Positions 50,440-63,379 of a stretch of DNA of 64,000 bases are shown here, in pieces. Under the pieces are notes generated by a model. That model made no database searches and was not told where the DNA came from. It was given only the letters and a program-made list of their open reading frames with translations. Position 1 is the first letter of the stretch. Every line of letters begins with the position of its first letter. Source of the stretch: Utricularia gibba (lineage: Eukaryota; Plantae; Magnoliophyta); the NCBI GenBank assembly GCA_002189035.1, contig NEEC01000008.1, forward strand, positions 496,001 through 560,000. Direction: 5' to 3'. A program made the translations under genes and the position numbers.

Positions 50440-51960
50440 TTCACTATATGATATTATATTTAGATATGCTTGATTCTTACAAATAATGTGAGATTGTTTC
50501 GCATCATGACCAATGATTTATTAGCCAGAAATATTGTCACTAGTTTGTCAATTTGAATATCTACACATGAACACCTTATAAATTCATATAGTGTGATTTG
50601 AAGTTGATGCAACTGTCATATATTCAACCTCGAATGAAAATTGAGCAACTACATATGCAATTCCAAGCAAGCACACACCTGCTTAACATGAAGAGATATC
50701 CGCTTGTTGACTTCATTTTAGTTATGCTTAATCCTTATCACAGTAGATTTGTAGATAGGGTGATATACCCTTTGTATAATAGAGTGAGATTTCTTGTTCA
50801 ATTCAAATACTTGAGTAAATGTTTTCCAACTTTTAGATGCATTGTTTGTGATATATGGTTTTGTGGAAGTTAAATACATCAATAAAGCAAAAAATTTGGC
50901 ATTATATATTTTCTTTTGTGCTTTGTTCTTGTTAAAAAAAATTTTCTTGCATTTGGCATGATAGGTACTTAAAAAGCCCTAGAAGTTTCCATCGCATGCC
51001 ATCTTATAAGATTTCAAGTATATTTTTATTGAGAAATTGTGATCTCATAAGCTATCTTATTAACTTAGTTTTTGAATTGGTCTATGGAACATGAGAATCA
51101 TTTGTGCAAAAGATGTCTACATTATTTGTGGCAATCATACAAGCCAATATGAGTGTAGTGGTCTCGTGGGATTTTTTTTCCCACTATCGCAGAAGAAGAC
51201 CATAAAATCTTTCATTATGTTTTTTTGGGCCTATGGTCCCTTTATTCGAATATTCAAGTTTTGTAGGCTTGTTGTTATGGTCGATGTCACCTTTTCATAT
51301 GGATGTTATGACTACAATTTGCTTGTGGCCACTACAAAGCATCAGGGTGGTCACATCCTACCACTAGCCTACGCATTCGTCGACGATGAGAGTAAGGATG
51401 CATATATTTGATTTATAGATTTGCTAGATGAGCATTTTTTTTCGAGGCCTAGCTCGCATAATCTCAGACAAAGGTGGAGGCATTCTTGCAGCTGTGAGGA
51501 ATTACGAGTTTCAAGAAGGCCGTCTAGCTGACTTTTGGTGTTTGTGTCATTATGTTTCCAACTTGAATAAGAAGTTTGGAAGCAAAATACATAAGCAAAT
51601 GGCTTACAATGATGGAATGACCTCTGATCCAAGAAAGTTGATGATGTATGTTGAAAGGGTTCAAAAGAAAAATCCAGCAGCTTATGCATGGTTCTTTGAG
51701 TCGAAAAATGATCCATTTGAGAGATGGAAACTCTCATATGATTTGGGCACACACTACAGGAATTTAACTTTCTAATGTAATGGAGATCATGAACAATGTT
51801 TTCAAGACTCGCATCAGTTTCCCTAGGATACAATTGTTGAGACTATGTTGTACAAGCTAGGTTGCACGATTCAGTAGGATTTGTGGCAAATCATGCATGT
51901 GGTGCGCATTGAGTGCATGCAAAATGCTTCCTAATTTTTACGCTAGGAATTAATGTCCTT
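50440..51960 (+). pseudogene. Second MULE transposase remnant
   Basis: FFWAYGPFIRIFKFCRLVVMVDVTFSYG...LLVATT..GGHILPLAYAFVDDES; IISDKGGGILAAV; WCLCHYVSNL, which fit the MULE DDE transposase domain pattern. Confidence 0.82.
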
Positions 51961-53999
51961 GGCACATCAAAAGAAAAGCCCAACATTAGTTAATCTCTTA
52001 TTATACACTAGAACAAGAGGTTGATGAGTTTTATGATGTCCCATTTCATGGAGAAGAATTAGGGAACGATAATGGGAGTGGAATCACCGATGAAGACTTT
52101 GATTTAAGATTAGATGTTAACTTCGATATTTAGGCTAGTACAATTCAATCATATTTTGTTAAATTGAAAATTTTTATTATATTGTTTCATGTTTTTTGAT
52201 ATTACCTTTTAGGTATTAATGAATGTTTTTAAATTAGTTGTTGTGTTTGATAAATTAATTTTTTTTAATGTATATATATTTTAAAATAATGCACCCTAAA
52301 ATCATATTCCTAAAATCAATGAATCTCGCATCCATGTACCCCGAATCTCAAACTTTACACCCATCTTTGTGCAACATAGTGTACATGTTTGCCACCATCC
52401 TCCACAAGCATAAATAGAAGATCACATCGATGACATAAAACCATCAGGTACAATTTGAGATTGCATAATCTTGGCCATTTTTTATGTTTCATTATTTTAT
52501 TTTATATATAATGCTTGTTATTGATGCACGTAGACTCTCTCAGAGGAGGCAAAACATTTTTGGGATGAAGCACGAGAACGAGTCAAGGCACATTAGATGC
52601 GTCAATTCGAGACTGCAAATATGTCATTTCAGATTAAAGTCGTCCATCTTGGGAAAAGGAGATGCTATCATTATAGAGTTATGTTAGTCCACCTTGTAGT
52701 TGCACAAAGTGGACTAAGTATGCTGTTCCATATTTGATGAACGTTGTAACTTGGGGCTAAGTGTCTCAATCTAGCATGTTCAAAGTATGAAAAGAAATTT
52801 ATGAAACCTAGCTAATTTACGACACAAATAATAGAAATTATTGCAGTGTGGCAAGCAAGGGTTAAATTCACAAAGAATGATTGTAATTTCTTAAAGTCTT
52901 TTACATTTAGTGAAAACAGGTGAGTTTTTTGGGGTTTTAACTCTTATGCGCATGAGACATCAAATAACAACAATTGAAATAAACAAGTTGTAGGGGTGAA
53001 TGAATATAGAGAATAATGGGAATGCATATAAAATGTAAAGTAGAGGTGATTTGGTTAAGTTTTACACTAGAATCTAACTCTTGTGTCACTCAAGAGAATC
53101 CATAAACTTAAATCCAACTTTATCACACCCAAAAAACAGTGTGAAGGGTAGTATGAAGAGTAAATGACATATTGAACTTAAAACTAAATATGAAGAACTC
53201 AAACAAAAACTGGTTTATATACTTGAATAACTTTTAAAGGAAATTTCTTGTTCAAAACCAAACACCAAGAGTGTAAAGGAAAGCACGAAAATACAGATCT
53301 GTTGGTTGCTTGAGGTCGTGGATCTGTTGAAACTAAAAATTTTGGGTGGAAATCTGGTATGAAAACGTAGATCTAGAAGTTGTTGGAGTCGTTTGCCAGA
53401 GAACCACCGTTCTCCTCACCTCCTGCTCCTTGCTTGTTTTCTCTCTTCTCTCTTTTCCTTCCTCTTTTCTTTTTCCGCTCAAAGGAATGGTATTTCCATC
53501 TTTTCCTTAGATTTCTAGAAGGAAAATCTCCGCTCCAAAATTATCTTTTTAGAGGATGGATGCTTTCAACTAGATTGCTACCTATACCATGCCATGTACG
53601 CCATCTCAAACACTATGGGGATCTCATCCAGTAGGAGAATGTGAGTGTGCTTAGATACCCACAAAGCTATAAATGCAGCGTGCTCCAATGTCCAATTAGT
53701 ATCGTAAAGGTCCATGCTGAACTTATGTTTGCAAGATATCAGTCTGGAGGGATGGAATAATACAACCACATTGAAAATGATAAAAAAGGAACCCGCTCAA
53801 GTCTACTCTTAAGAGAATGATTTGTCGCAACCAAACTATGAAAAAAAGAGGAAATAAGGAGCCACCTTTCAAATGGAGAAAAAAATCGAAAGTGATAATC
53901 CTTGGAAACTACATTCTCAAAAGTTTGGTAAATCAACAGTATTCGAGCACTCAAAGATGAGGAAATTCTGTCTCATGAAATAAGTTAAAGGTCTTTCAA

Positions 54000-55480
54000 A
54001 GAGTACATCTCTAGAATATTTATACTATAATATTGAGTTCTGATATTACAAAGTCTAAACTAAATAAAAAGAAAGACTACTAAATCCAATAGCGCACATC
54101 AATAATGATGACATGTTTTGGGCTTTAATACAGATGCATTTTTAAGTAATTGAGGTCTTTTGGTGGCAATACTTTAAGCACCACTTCTAATTGAATATGG
54201 TTAAGTAGATTTTGTGGTTAAGTAGATTTTGAGTGTTGTTTCAATCTTCTTACTGTTACTTGTGATTGATCCAAGTGGAATAATCTTACTATATTAAATA
54301 TTCTCAACATTCTTCCAATGTCCATCATCATCTTGAAGGGGTTCATCAAGGGCAATGGGTTGCACCCAAGATGCATATATCATCATATCGGCGTACGGCC
54401 AAAGCATACAATCATATTTCAGGACACACAGTAAATGCATATTTTCGTAAGGAGTCCACTCAAACAATTCAACAAACAATGAAATATGTATAATGACAAT
54501 ATGTACGGTTCAAAGAAAAATATATTTATAGAATAATAATGTATCTCATCATCTCTCCTAACCAAATCAAGAGTGTTGCAGATTAGCTCTAACTTGTGAG
54601 AGACCACATTTGAGTGGTTAAGCCAACCTTCGAACCTCCAACCGTACACGGATGGTTTAAAACCCTCGCTCTCCCAATATACATCGTGTAGGAAATGACA
54701 CTTCAAGGTAGGACATATATGTCCACATCTACATAAAAAAACATTACAACATGATAAATTTTAACGTATATAATACTAGTAGAAGAAGCATGAAAAAGAA
54801 CCAGAAGAAAACAGTAGGCAACATCCATTGTAATGTGCCTAAGTGCACATAAATCAGCTTGCGACAGAAATTTGCCAGAACAATTGTCCCCCAACTAGTG
54901 GCCATCCAACGATCTTGATCTGTTATCAAATCAAGAATACTCAACTTGCCATGATTACTGGTGGCATCCAGGAAATGTACATATCATCGATGTATGTTTG
55001 GAGGCCAGTCATAATAAACTGTGAACAATGAATAGCTCCCTCGAGCTCCTATCTAAACTATTCGATGCATAGCTCATGCATTGTTGTGCTGTGAATTTTG
55101 TGCGAGTGTTAACCATCGGTGTACCATCAATACAAAGATCCCACAGCATGGAAACATCTTGTAGGGTAATGGTGGCCTTTCTACATGGTTGGAAGAAGAT
55201 GTGCATCTTCGGATGCCATCTCAATACTAGAGTTTTGAGTAGATTTGGGTACAATTTTATTTGTAATGTCTTTAAAACCCCATAAAAATCTCAATGATTA
55301 AGATATCTTGCAGTCTTCTTCTCCCAAGATCTACTTGTCAAGAATTTATAGTTGTATTTGAACTTTTTCATTTTACGGTTTGAGTTATGTATCAGACTAT
55401 AAGTAATGTTGCACATCCAACAACCTTGTATCTTCAGAATCATAAACACTTTGATGAGAGGACATATCGATCTATTGAAA
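54000..55480 (-). pseudogene. Plant mobile domain (PMD, MAIN-like) remnant
   Basis: LVLRWHPKMHIFFQPCRKATITLQDVSMLWDLCIDG (cf. LVERWRPETHTFHLP.GE.TITLQDV..LLGL.IDG); SWGTIVLANF.RKL; FEWTPY; fragmented across frames. Confidence 0.8.
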
Positions 55481-58287
55481 AATTATATTTAAATTATTAA
55501 ATATTATATATTTAACAAGAAATAATCTAAAAAATTAATAAATAAAATATATTAATCAAACATAAAAAATAATGAAAATATATTATTAATACAAAAAAAA
55601 TCGCATGAAAAAAAACAAAAATATGACGAATTAATAAATAAAATAATTAATCAAACAATAAAAAGGATTGAAAAACCAACCTAATGTTTCATTAATAATG
55701 ATGCATTAAATATAGATGAATTTAGTAATAGTGTTTATTTTTCAAATACCATTATTGATGACGTATTATAATTAGGTATTTTAAAAATAGTACCAAAAAT
55801 TTAAATAACAAAAAAAAACAATATTACCAAATTTTTTTGCTAATCGATTCTACTCAATCAAACGTGCACTACAATAAAAAATTTTCAATATAGAAATTTT
55901 TGAACATAGACGATATATATAGAAGAAAAGGTATAAGTGAAGCATTAAAACACTTTCATTGATGGTACATTGCACCAAGGCATAAATGATGCCGCATGTT
56001 TCCAAAATGCCATCAGGCACCATCATTTATGTCACATGTATGCAAGGCTCCATTACTAAGACGTGGCCCATTGCATATAATATTAATAAAATAACAATAT
56101 TTTGGACCGAGACTATGCAATCTACTTTCTCGACAGAGCTTTCTTCCATTATTAGGTGCATTGATAATCAAAAAACACATATCTGCTCAACACTATGCGT
56201 ATGTTCTGTATAATTTTTTATCAAACAAATTCTACTTCATTTTTTTTAAAAAAAGAGAATTAATGTTTCCGGTGGAACATTTTATTCCCCTTTGCTCCTC
56301 TCTTCATAATGTCCCTCTGCTACTCCTTTCTTTAAGAAATGAAAAGTAACAAGAGGATCCTTCTTCTTTTAAGTTGTACTTTTAGCATTGCAATTTACTA
56401 GAATACCTCTAAAAAACTAGTGTGAATGGGAGGGGACAACTATAGCAAACCCTAGGAAAAGTAGTATTCATCTTAAAATTTGATCAAAGTTTAAAGTTTC
56501 ACCAGGAAATTAGTGCACCATTCAGTTTCCAAACGGATAGTAATTTTTTTCCTATATTTTCCAACTCTTCATCATTCTAGATACATGATGCTTGATTTCT
56601 ATCTATAAGTTTTCTATGCTTTTCATATTTGAAAATATGAATGGATTGCTAAATAACGTGAGGTTTTGCACATTTTTTGGTGAAATGCCTCTATATTGCT
56701 ATGAAAATAGAATGTTTTTAATGTTTTTGTCACTTGAATCGCTTTTGGTAGAGTTGAGTTTGGAGATATTCAATACTCTTTGTGTGTGTATTTAAAAACT
56801 ACATTTTGAGAATTAGATAATATGACGAGTATTATACCTGAATTTGCTTGCTTTTGTTCTTTGCATGTTGTGACTTATTTAATTGCATTTTGTTCTTGTT
56901 TTCTAACTTTAAATAGATTGTAAATGCATTTTGATTACTTCAGATTTGATCTCTGACAATTTATATATTTATTTAAGTTTACTTGATAGGTATAGAAACC
57001 TTTCACACGTACTGCTAATTGTGATGGATGGATTATCTTGTTCTCGCAGATTTGAGTAGTTCAAACATAGGCAGAAAACATACCAACTTCTTTTAACAAA
57101 CCAGGATGGAACAATGTATTGAAAAATTTGAATGATATGATAGGGGATGAGTACACAATGGACAAAACTATGATCCTGAAAGGAGTATGAACAATAAATC
57201 GGCCTATCAACGAAATTAGCCTAGAAGTTTTCACAAATCGGCTACAATCATGAATGGGATAAAAAGAGATACGGTCGGTCTACAACCATTGGAAAATAGT
57301 CTGAGAGGTCACCAACCCATAGGAGTTCAGAACAGAAGAAGGTCATTAATCGGTAGAACCAAAAGAAGGATCAGATCAATCCTATCAAGCACATAAAGTA
57401 GTTGCCTTTCATAAAAATCGGTTAGTCACGGCTCTATTATAAATGGAGCCTATGTTAGAAGAAAAGGAGGTTGCATTCTTCACCCATTACACACTTTGTA
57501 ATCTCGCCCTTTCTTCTAAGTGAAATTCATCTACTTTGATGAGCTCCCCTAATTCCATGGTTTTTCATCACATAGTTTTTATATAAAAATCTTTGACTCT
57601 CTTTCTCACTTTCAAACACCCAAAAATCGATATGAAATGTTGGCAAGTCAACCTATTACCGATTAGCCCTCATAAACCAGCAATATCACCTTCAATCCAA
57701 TTTTTTTAGGGTATTTGATGCAGTGAATTGATGGGTAATTTCTTCCTTTTCATATATGTCTTTCAATTCATAATGTACTCTCTATGATTGTCCAATCAAA
57801 TATATTAAATCTTAGAACCATTTTGATTTTCAACTATATCTTTGAAGGTTTGAAACTCGAAAATCACCTCTACTTTGGATTTCATAAAGTAGACTTAGGT
57901 GAAATTTGAGTAATCATTTATAAATAAGGTGAAGTATAGATTTCCTTCTTTGTAGATAGGGCTTTTTTATTATATAGATCAAAGTAAATTATCTCAAGAG
58001 ATGGTGCAACCCATTAGGTTCTTTAAAAAGCCAAGTTGCTCAATTTTTCACATTTACATATCTTATAGCACTCATTCACTTGTATCACTTCTTCCATTTT
58101 GTTTATCAATTTTGAATTTTAAGATATCCTCAGAGATATTTAACTATATATCAATATTTGCGATGCCATAATTGCATTTATTCTCTTGATTGAGCACTTA
58201 AATACACAAGGTGAGCTTTAGAAATATTTGACAAAAAATTCAAGAAGAATATTCTATGTATCATATTAACCTCACATGAACCATTGT

Positions 58288-58653
58288 AGGTGTTTGGTTG
58301 TGAAGTTTTTAACAATTTTTATTTTATATATTTTGATATTAAAAAATGATATATTTAACAATATTAATTTTTGTATTTCATTTGATATATTATATGATAT
58401 ACAAGATTATAAATCATACAAAACAAATAAAGTTATTTTTATATATTTATTTTACATTTAAATAAATGGCTTTTATATAATATCTTGTAAATATTGTATA
58501 TTTTCCAAATTGAAATCAAAACATCATCTATTTCATAAACTTTTTCTAAACTTCATCTATTTTGCAAATCAAAAATAAAAAGGAATAAATATAGATTTAC
58601 AAAATTAAATCACATATTACACACACATTTTGTGAAACCATTTTCAAACACCC
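58288..58653. mobile_element. Possible Tourist-like MITE
   Basis: AGGTGTTTGG at 58288 and CAAACACCC ending 58653 bracket a very AT-rich 360-bp segment; TSD not cleanly matched. Confidence 0.4.
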
Positions 58654-58999
58654 TTAGTCTTTCAGGGTGTCCTGAGAAGATTCTAAGCACTCTTAGAAAT
58701 AGATATGAGTGTTTGAAAATTCGGCAACCACAACCATAAAGGACACGCTGCTCAGGACCACTTAACAGAGGTTATGCGTGTCCAGAAGTGATCATAGTCA
58801 CCCTTAGAAATCATTATGAGTGTCTATTAGAATTGATTTCGTGGATCACTATTCATTGAAACATATTTCACATGATTAAAATGGAGATATAACGAATTTA
58901 ATCATAACAACGACATAATTTTCTTTTAGAAAAAAGTCAACAACAAAAGTATTTCAATTGCAACATAATTGTTCACAAGAACTAATATTAGAGGCCATC

Positions 59000-59900
59000 C
59001 CTAATTACCCTATAAGCATGCATAATAATCCCGTAAGATATATCCCTCACGTATGGTGAGCTGTCCTATTTGGTTTTCATTAATGTAGTTTGAAACATCA
59101 TGATCAAACTGTAGCCCTTCAAGGAAAGTTCGCATCTCACCAGCAACATTTAGTGATAGATCATCCATATTGGTATGCGAATAGAAGCTTGGAAAAATAG
59201 CATTATTTTCTTGAAAAATATAGAGTTAGTTTTTATATATAACCAAGTCTATCATTGACTTGTGTGGTGAGTCATCAATTAATAGGGTATTGTAATGGTT
59301 ATATGTTGTATTCAACTCATTATTCACAGCCCATATACAACTAAACTCCTTCATGTAGATCGTGTTGTTAGGATTGTTGTGAACACGTACACCTGTGTCC
59401 GTAGTCATGGATTGGTCCCATATAAAAAATGAGTTTATCGAATAATGATGATTGAAAGATTCATTTAGTGATTTCTTGCAGCTATTCTTTATAAAAGAAA
59501 GCATTTACAAGATATTTGCACAATTTTAAATACAAAAAAAAAAGATGCAGCACATGTACTCACGATGGGATGATCATAAGGGTACATCAAAATTATCCAA
59601 ACATCATCTAATAAAGTCACACGCATATGGACGTAGAAAGATTGCATCAATTATACAAAAAATATTTATGATATCTCACAAAGTGTTAATGTGTATAACA
59701 CATAAAAATAAGTGTTGTGTTAAGGTATCTAATCGGTCATATATGATTTTGTTTGTAGGAATTCATAACCTTGATTGTCCAACCCTATATAAGCTGTCTA
59801 CGAGTACACCATTTTACATCCAAGATAATCAACTATTGTTTGTTGGTAAGAGGCACTTAAAGAGGGTTCGGCATACGCCCAACGGCTCTCATACCAATCC
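59000..59900 (-). pseudogene. FCP1/NIF-like (HAD superfamily) phosphatase gene remnant
   Basis: LIILDV(N)GVLVD (~59840-59805, frameshifted), FIWDQS.TTDTG, YMKEFSCIW, NTLLIDDSPHKS and C-terminal AIFP.FY...GEMRTFLEGL...VSNYINENQIGQ..I match the plant NIF-like family; extent may reach ~60370. Confidence 0.75.
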
Positions 59901-60419
59901 AACTTGTAGAAAAACTATTCATTCGCCTTTGTTATGAATACAAGTCTATCATCCACATCATTGAGATCATGCGTGTACTTGTCCCCTTCAACATCATTAG
60001 CATCATGTGTCCTTTCATCCCTAGACACATCTTCATTCTTGTTAAGTGCTCTAAGATTCTTCAACACACCACACCAATAGTGTTGTGTCCCCGATGCATC
60101 TACAAAGAGTGGTAAAATGTCACTAAAATTCATTTGCATACTTGAGAAGAGGAGTATAAAATCTAGTGCATCTCTCTTGTGCAAGGTATCAAATCCTATA
60201 ATAAGAATAGATAAATTTACCTTTCACTTGCCAATTTCACTAGAATTGGGGTGTGTTTCAAGAAACTTGGGTTCCATTGGAAGACGTATCCAAACAAAAA
60301 TTGTCCATCATTCTTCATATTCTCTTCTCAACTCGATCATCAGCACGAACCCTTTTTTTCCATTTAGTATATAGTGGTTTGGGGTCAATCCTTCGTATAA
60401 ATGTTGTAAAATTTGACCT

Positions 60420-61260
60420 TCAGTAAGCCCATGCTGTGGATAAGTATTACAGATCTATTTGAATCTGTCATAATACTCTTGTAAATTCTCTCCTTCACTT
60501 TGTAGCATGGTGGCTAAAGCTCTTCTTCCCACGGAGGCTCTTCCTAGGGGCGTATATCTATCAAGAAACTTTTGAACCATTTGCTCCCAGGTAGCAATAG
60601 AGGATGGTGGTAGTCCATACAGCCATTCCAAGGCTCGCTCAGTGAGACTGAAAGGGAAGACCCGTAGCTTGACTTGGTTCTCCGTAGCACCTTTTGGGCG
60701 CATGGATGCACAAGTCGTTTGCAACTCTCTAAGATGACGATTTGGGTCGTCATTTTCTCTCCCAGCGAACTTAGGAAGTGTCTGGAACAAATATGGGCGA
60801 AGCTCAAATTCCTCTTCCACGTAAAAAATGATACAAAGTGGTCGGTCAGCATGGCTGGCGGTGATTTCTTCTTTTATGGTCCTTAGTGTTGGGCCATGAT
60901 TAGTGAGCGGTAGAACTGGAAAAAATTGCGGATGCTGTTGCTCCTGTTCTCCATGCATTGTTGGGACTCCAGTAGGTGGTTGAGCATCCATTTCTTCGTC
61001 AAGAGATAGATTTGAAGTTAGTTCCCTCTTTTTCACCAGAAATGTGCGCTTAATCTCTGGATCTAAAGGGCACAAGATGTCTTGGTATGATCTCAAGCTT
61101 CGGTGTCCCTTTGGTGGAGCTGAATGCATAAAAACAAAAAAAACAACAGCAAAACGGAAATAAAAGAAAAACAAGAAGAAAGAAAGAAAAAGAAAAGAAA
61201 AAAAAAACTATACACAATACTAAACACAAAAATACACAACTCCCCGGCAACGGCGTCAAA
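60420..61260 (-). mobile_element. Athila-like internal region: 5' leader and truncated gag
   Basis: LPKFAGRENDDPNRHLRELQTTC...VKLRVFPFSLTERALEWLYGLPPSSIATWEQMVQKFLDRY...QSEGENLQEYYDRFK*; no pol follows. Confidence 0.88.
61241..61258 (-). promoter_or_regulatory. tRNA-Asp primer binding site
   Basis: Plus-strand TCCCCGGCAACGGCGTCA is 17/18 identical to the plant tRNA-Asp 3' end plus CCA; 6 bp from the LTR terminus. Confidence 0.9.
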
Positions 61261-61264
61261 AATT

Positions 61265-62374
61265 TGTTGCGTGTCGTTTCCTCAACAAATTTTAAATATT
61301 TTAAAACGTAAAACACTAGAAAGCGTAGTACGAGTATCGATCTCAGGGAGTTGTTTTTTGTGAAAAGTGTTTGCAAGAAACTTTCACAAAATGTCACGGT
61401 TTTGCAAAAGGGGGTTTTTAAGATGCAGAAATAAAAGATGCAACCTAAGTGATGGGCCTTGACTCCATCTCTCCATCTCCTTTCTTTGTCCGTTCTTGCC
61501 TCGATTTTCACTGATTTCTTCCGAATAACTGGTTATAGGAGCAAAGAATAGCCTACTCTCACTTACACTCTGATTGACAAGGAGGCATCGGAATAGCCTC
61601 ATGTGATTCCCCCTTGGACGATTAGGAAGACAAGAGGATTGCCATTGATTGCATTCAAAACCGAATTGTGCGCGTGTGCCCAACTGTTGTCAATAGCCAG
61701 TGGCAGGTCCGAGGTCACAACCTATCCACTGTCGCGGTACCTAGGTCACAAACAATTTGCTACTTCCCTCGAACCAGCAGGGTTGGAGTTGGTGCTCTTC
61801 ACCTTGATCTTCACCAAAATCCACGAGAAGTGGTCTGCTACTCATGGACCTTGATTAAGAGTCGTTACAGAAAGATTGCAACAAGATGCGTGGAAGTATG
61901 CGGAATCCGAATTGAATTCAGTGAAGAACCGAGTGTATTGCTCAGGACTTGGAAGGAAACTTCATCTACTTCCCAGAAACTAAAGGTTTTTAGCCCGAAA
62001 GGGCCATGGAAACAAAAACGAAAAGAAACTAAGTGTTCTTCCTCCATGAAGGGGAGGAAGAACTCAAAAGTCTAAGTCTACAAAGGAAATGGCCAAAAGT
62101 CCCGAAACTAAGTACTCCAAGTGGTTTTTATATGACTTCCCACGTGCATTAACTCCTTTGAGTCCCCTTCCCATCATTCCTTCTGTCTTACATGCGCCAA
62201 CAGACTTTCTTTGTGTACAAATTTGTGCCCAATCATTGCTGTAGACTCTGACATGCCATAAGTCATGGGCCTTGACCAGTGTCAGTCTTCCGCCAACAAT
62301 CATTCCAACTCGCGTACAAGGCACGAAAACTTAGAGTCTGACCACCTGCAATACTCCTGCAACACTCTATGACA
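61265..62374 (-). mobile_element. 5' LTR of the truncated Athila-like element
   Basis: Terminus TGTTG at 61265 next to the PBS; candidate opposite terminus TGACA at 62370-62374; homologous to 48748-49850. Confidence 0.72.
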
Positions 62375-62545
62375 GTCTCCTAATTTGGGAGAAAAAAGAC
62401 ATAAAATATACACAAAATGGGAAAATAGGATTTTTCTAGTAAAAATCAAATATTTAATATTAATACTCCTAATTTGAGCGACTTCATACATAATTAACAC
62501 ATAATAATACCTAATAATTAACTAGAAAATGATATTTAACATGAA

Positions 62546-62770
62546 GTGTGTTTGAGACCATATTCCACGCACCCACTTTTGCTCGTGTGAGTGTTTGGGG
62601 AAGGTGCCTGAGAAGATTTTCCAAACACCCACTTCCCTTGCGTGGATATCTAGAAAGGGTGTCTGAGGCCATATTCCAAGTTCTTACTTTTGCTCGTGTG
62701 GATGTATGGGGAGGATGCGTGAGAGTTGAAACCCTTTCCCAGCACCAACATCAAATTGTGTGGATGTTTC
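62546..62770. repeat. Degenerate ~55-bp tandem repeat with ~111-bp dimer periodicity
   Basis: CCATATTCCA at 62558 and 62669; ACTTTTGCTCGTGTG twice; CACCCACTT twice. Confidence 0.65.
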
Positions 62771-63379
62771 GTAAGGATGTGCACAAATTCTGCTATTAAA
62801 ATACAACATGTCTTCCATTCATCTTTAACGCCTTAGTGGGTGCCTAGAGACACTATTTCATGGAGGACACAACGTTTCTGAATTAGTAATCTTCAACTTC
62901 ATTTTCACTTGAACTCGAGGACAACGTTTTGATTTCTTTTGATTGCCTCTAGCAAATCCTTTAGACAAATACATGTCTCTAGGGTCTATACGTTCAATTT
63001 GAGACACTTGTGATTAAGAACTCATCTTTCTACACTAAACATACTTTCAGATGTCACTATAAATGTTAAAGGTGTTAGATGATCTTTGGCTATTCTAAGA
63101 AAAATAAGATAAGTAGTAGAATTTTCTTCCACTAATACAAAATATCAAAGTTGTTATCATCAACACCCTCAATAATTGGGGTATTATTGTACAATGTAAT
63201 TTGAATAATTTAAAAAAGATGATGAAGAGGATTAAACAAATGAGTTATATTTCCTACGAATAATGTCCATTGGACTGTGATTGTCAAACATCAAATTATT
63301 ACATGTTTTAGGAATAGGAACACGAAAATCACTATATCTAGAAATAAAAAGGGAATACATAAATTGAATTAGTAGCTCA

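Noticed and set aside
52900-53600. LTR-like sequence between the MULE transposase and the PMD
   Set aside because: No termini, TSD, PBS or second copy could be defined by eye.
57050-57700. Possible LTR fragment with a TATA-like TATTATAAATGG
   Set aside because: Boundaries and family could not be supported from the sequence alone.
61241-61258. tRNA-Asp-like sequence
   Set aside because: Only the 18-nt 3' end is present and it lies next to an LTR, so it is a PBS and not a tRNA gene.
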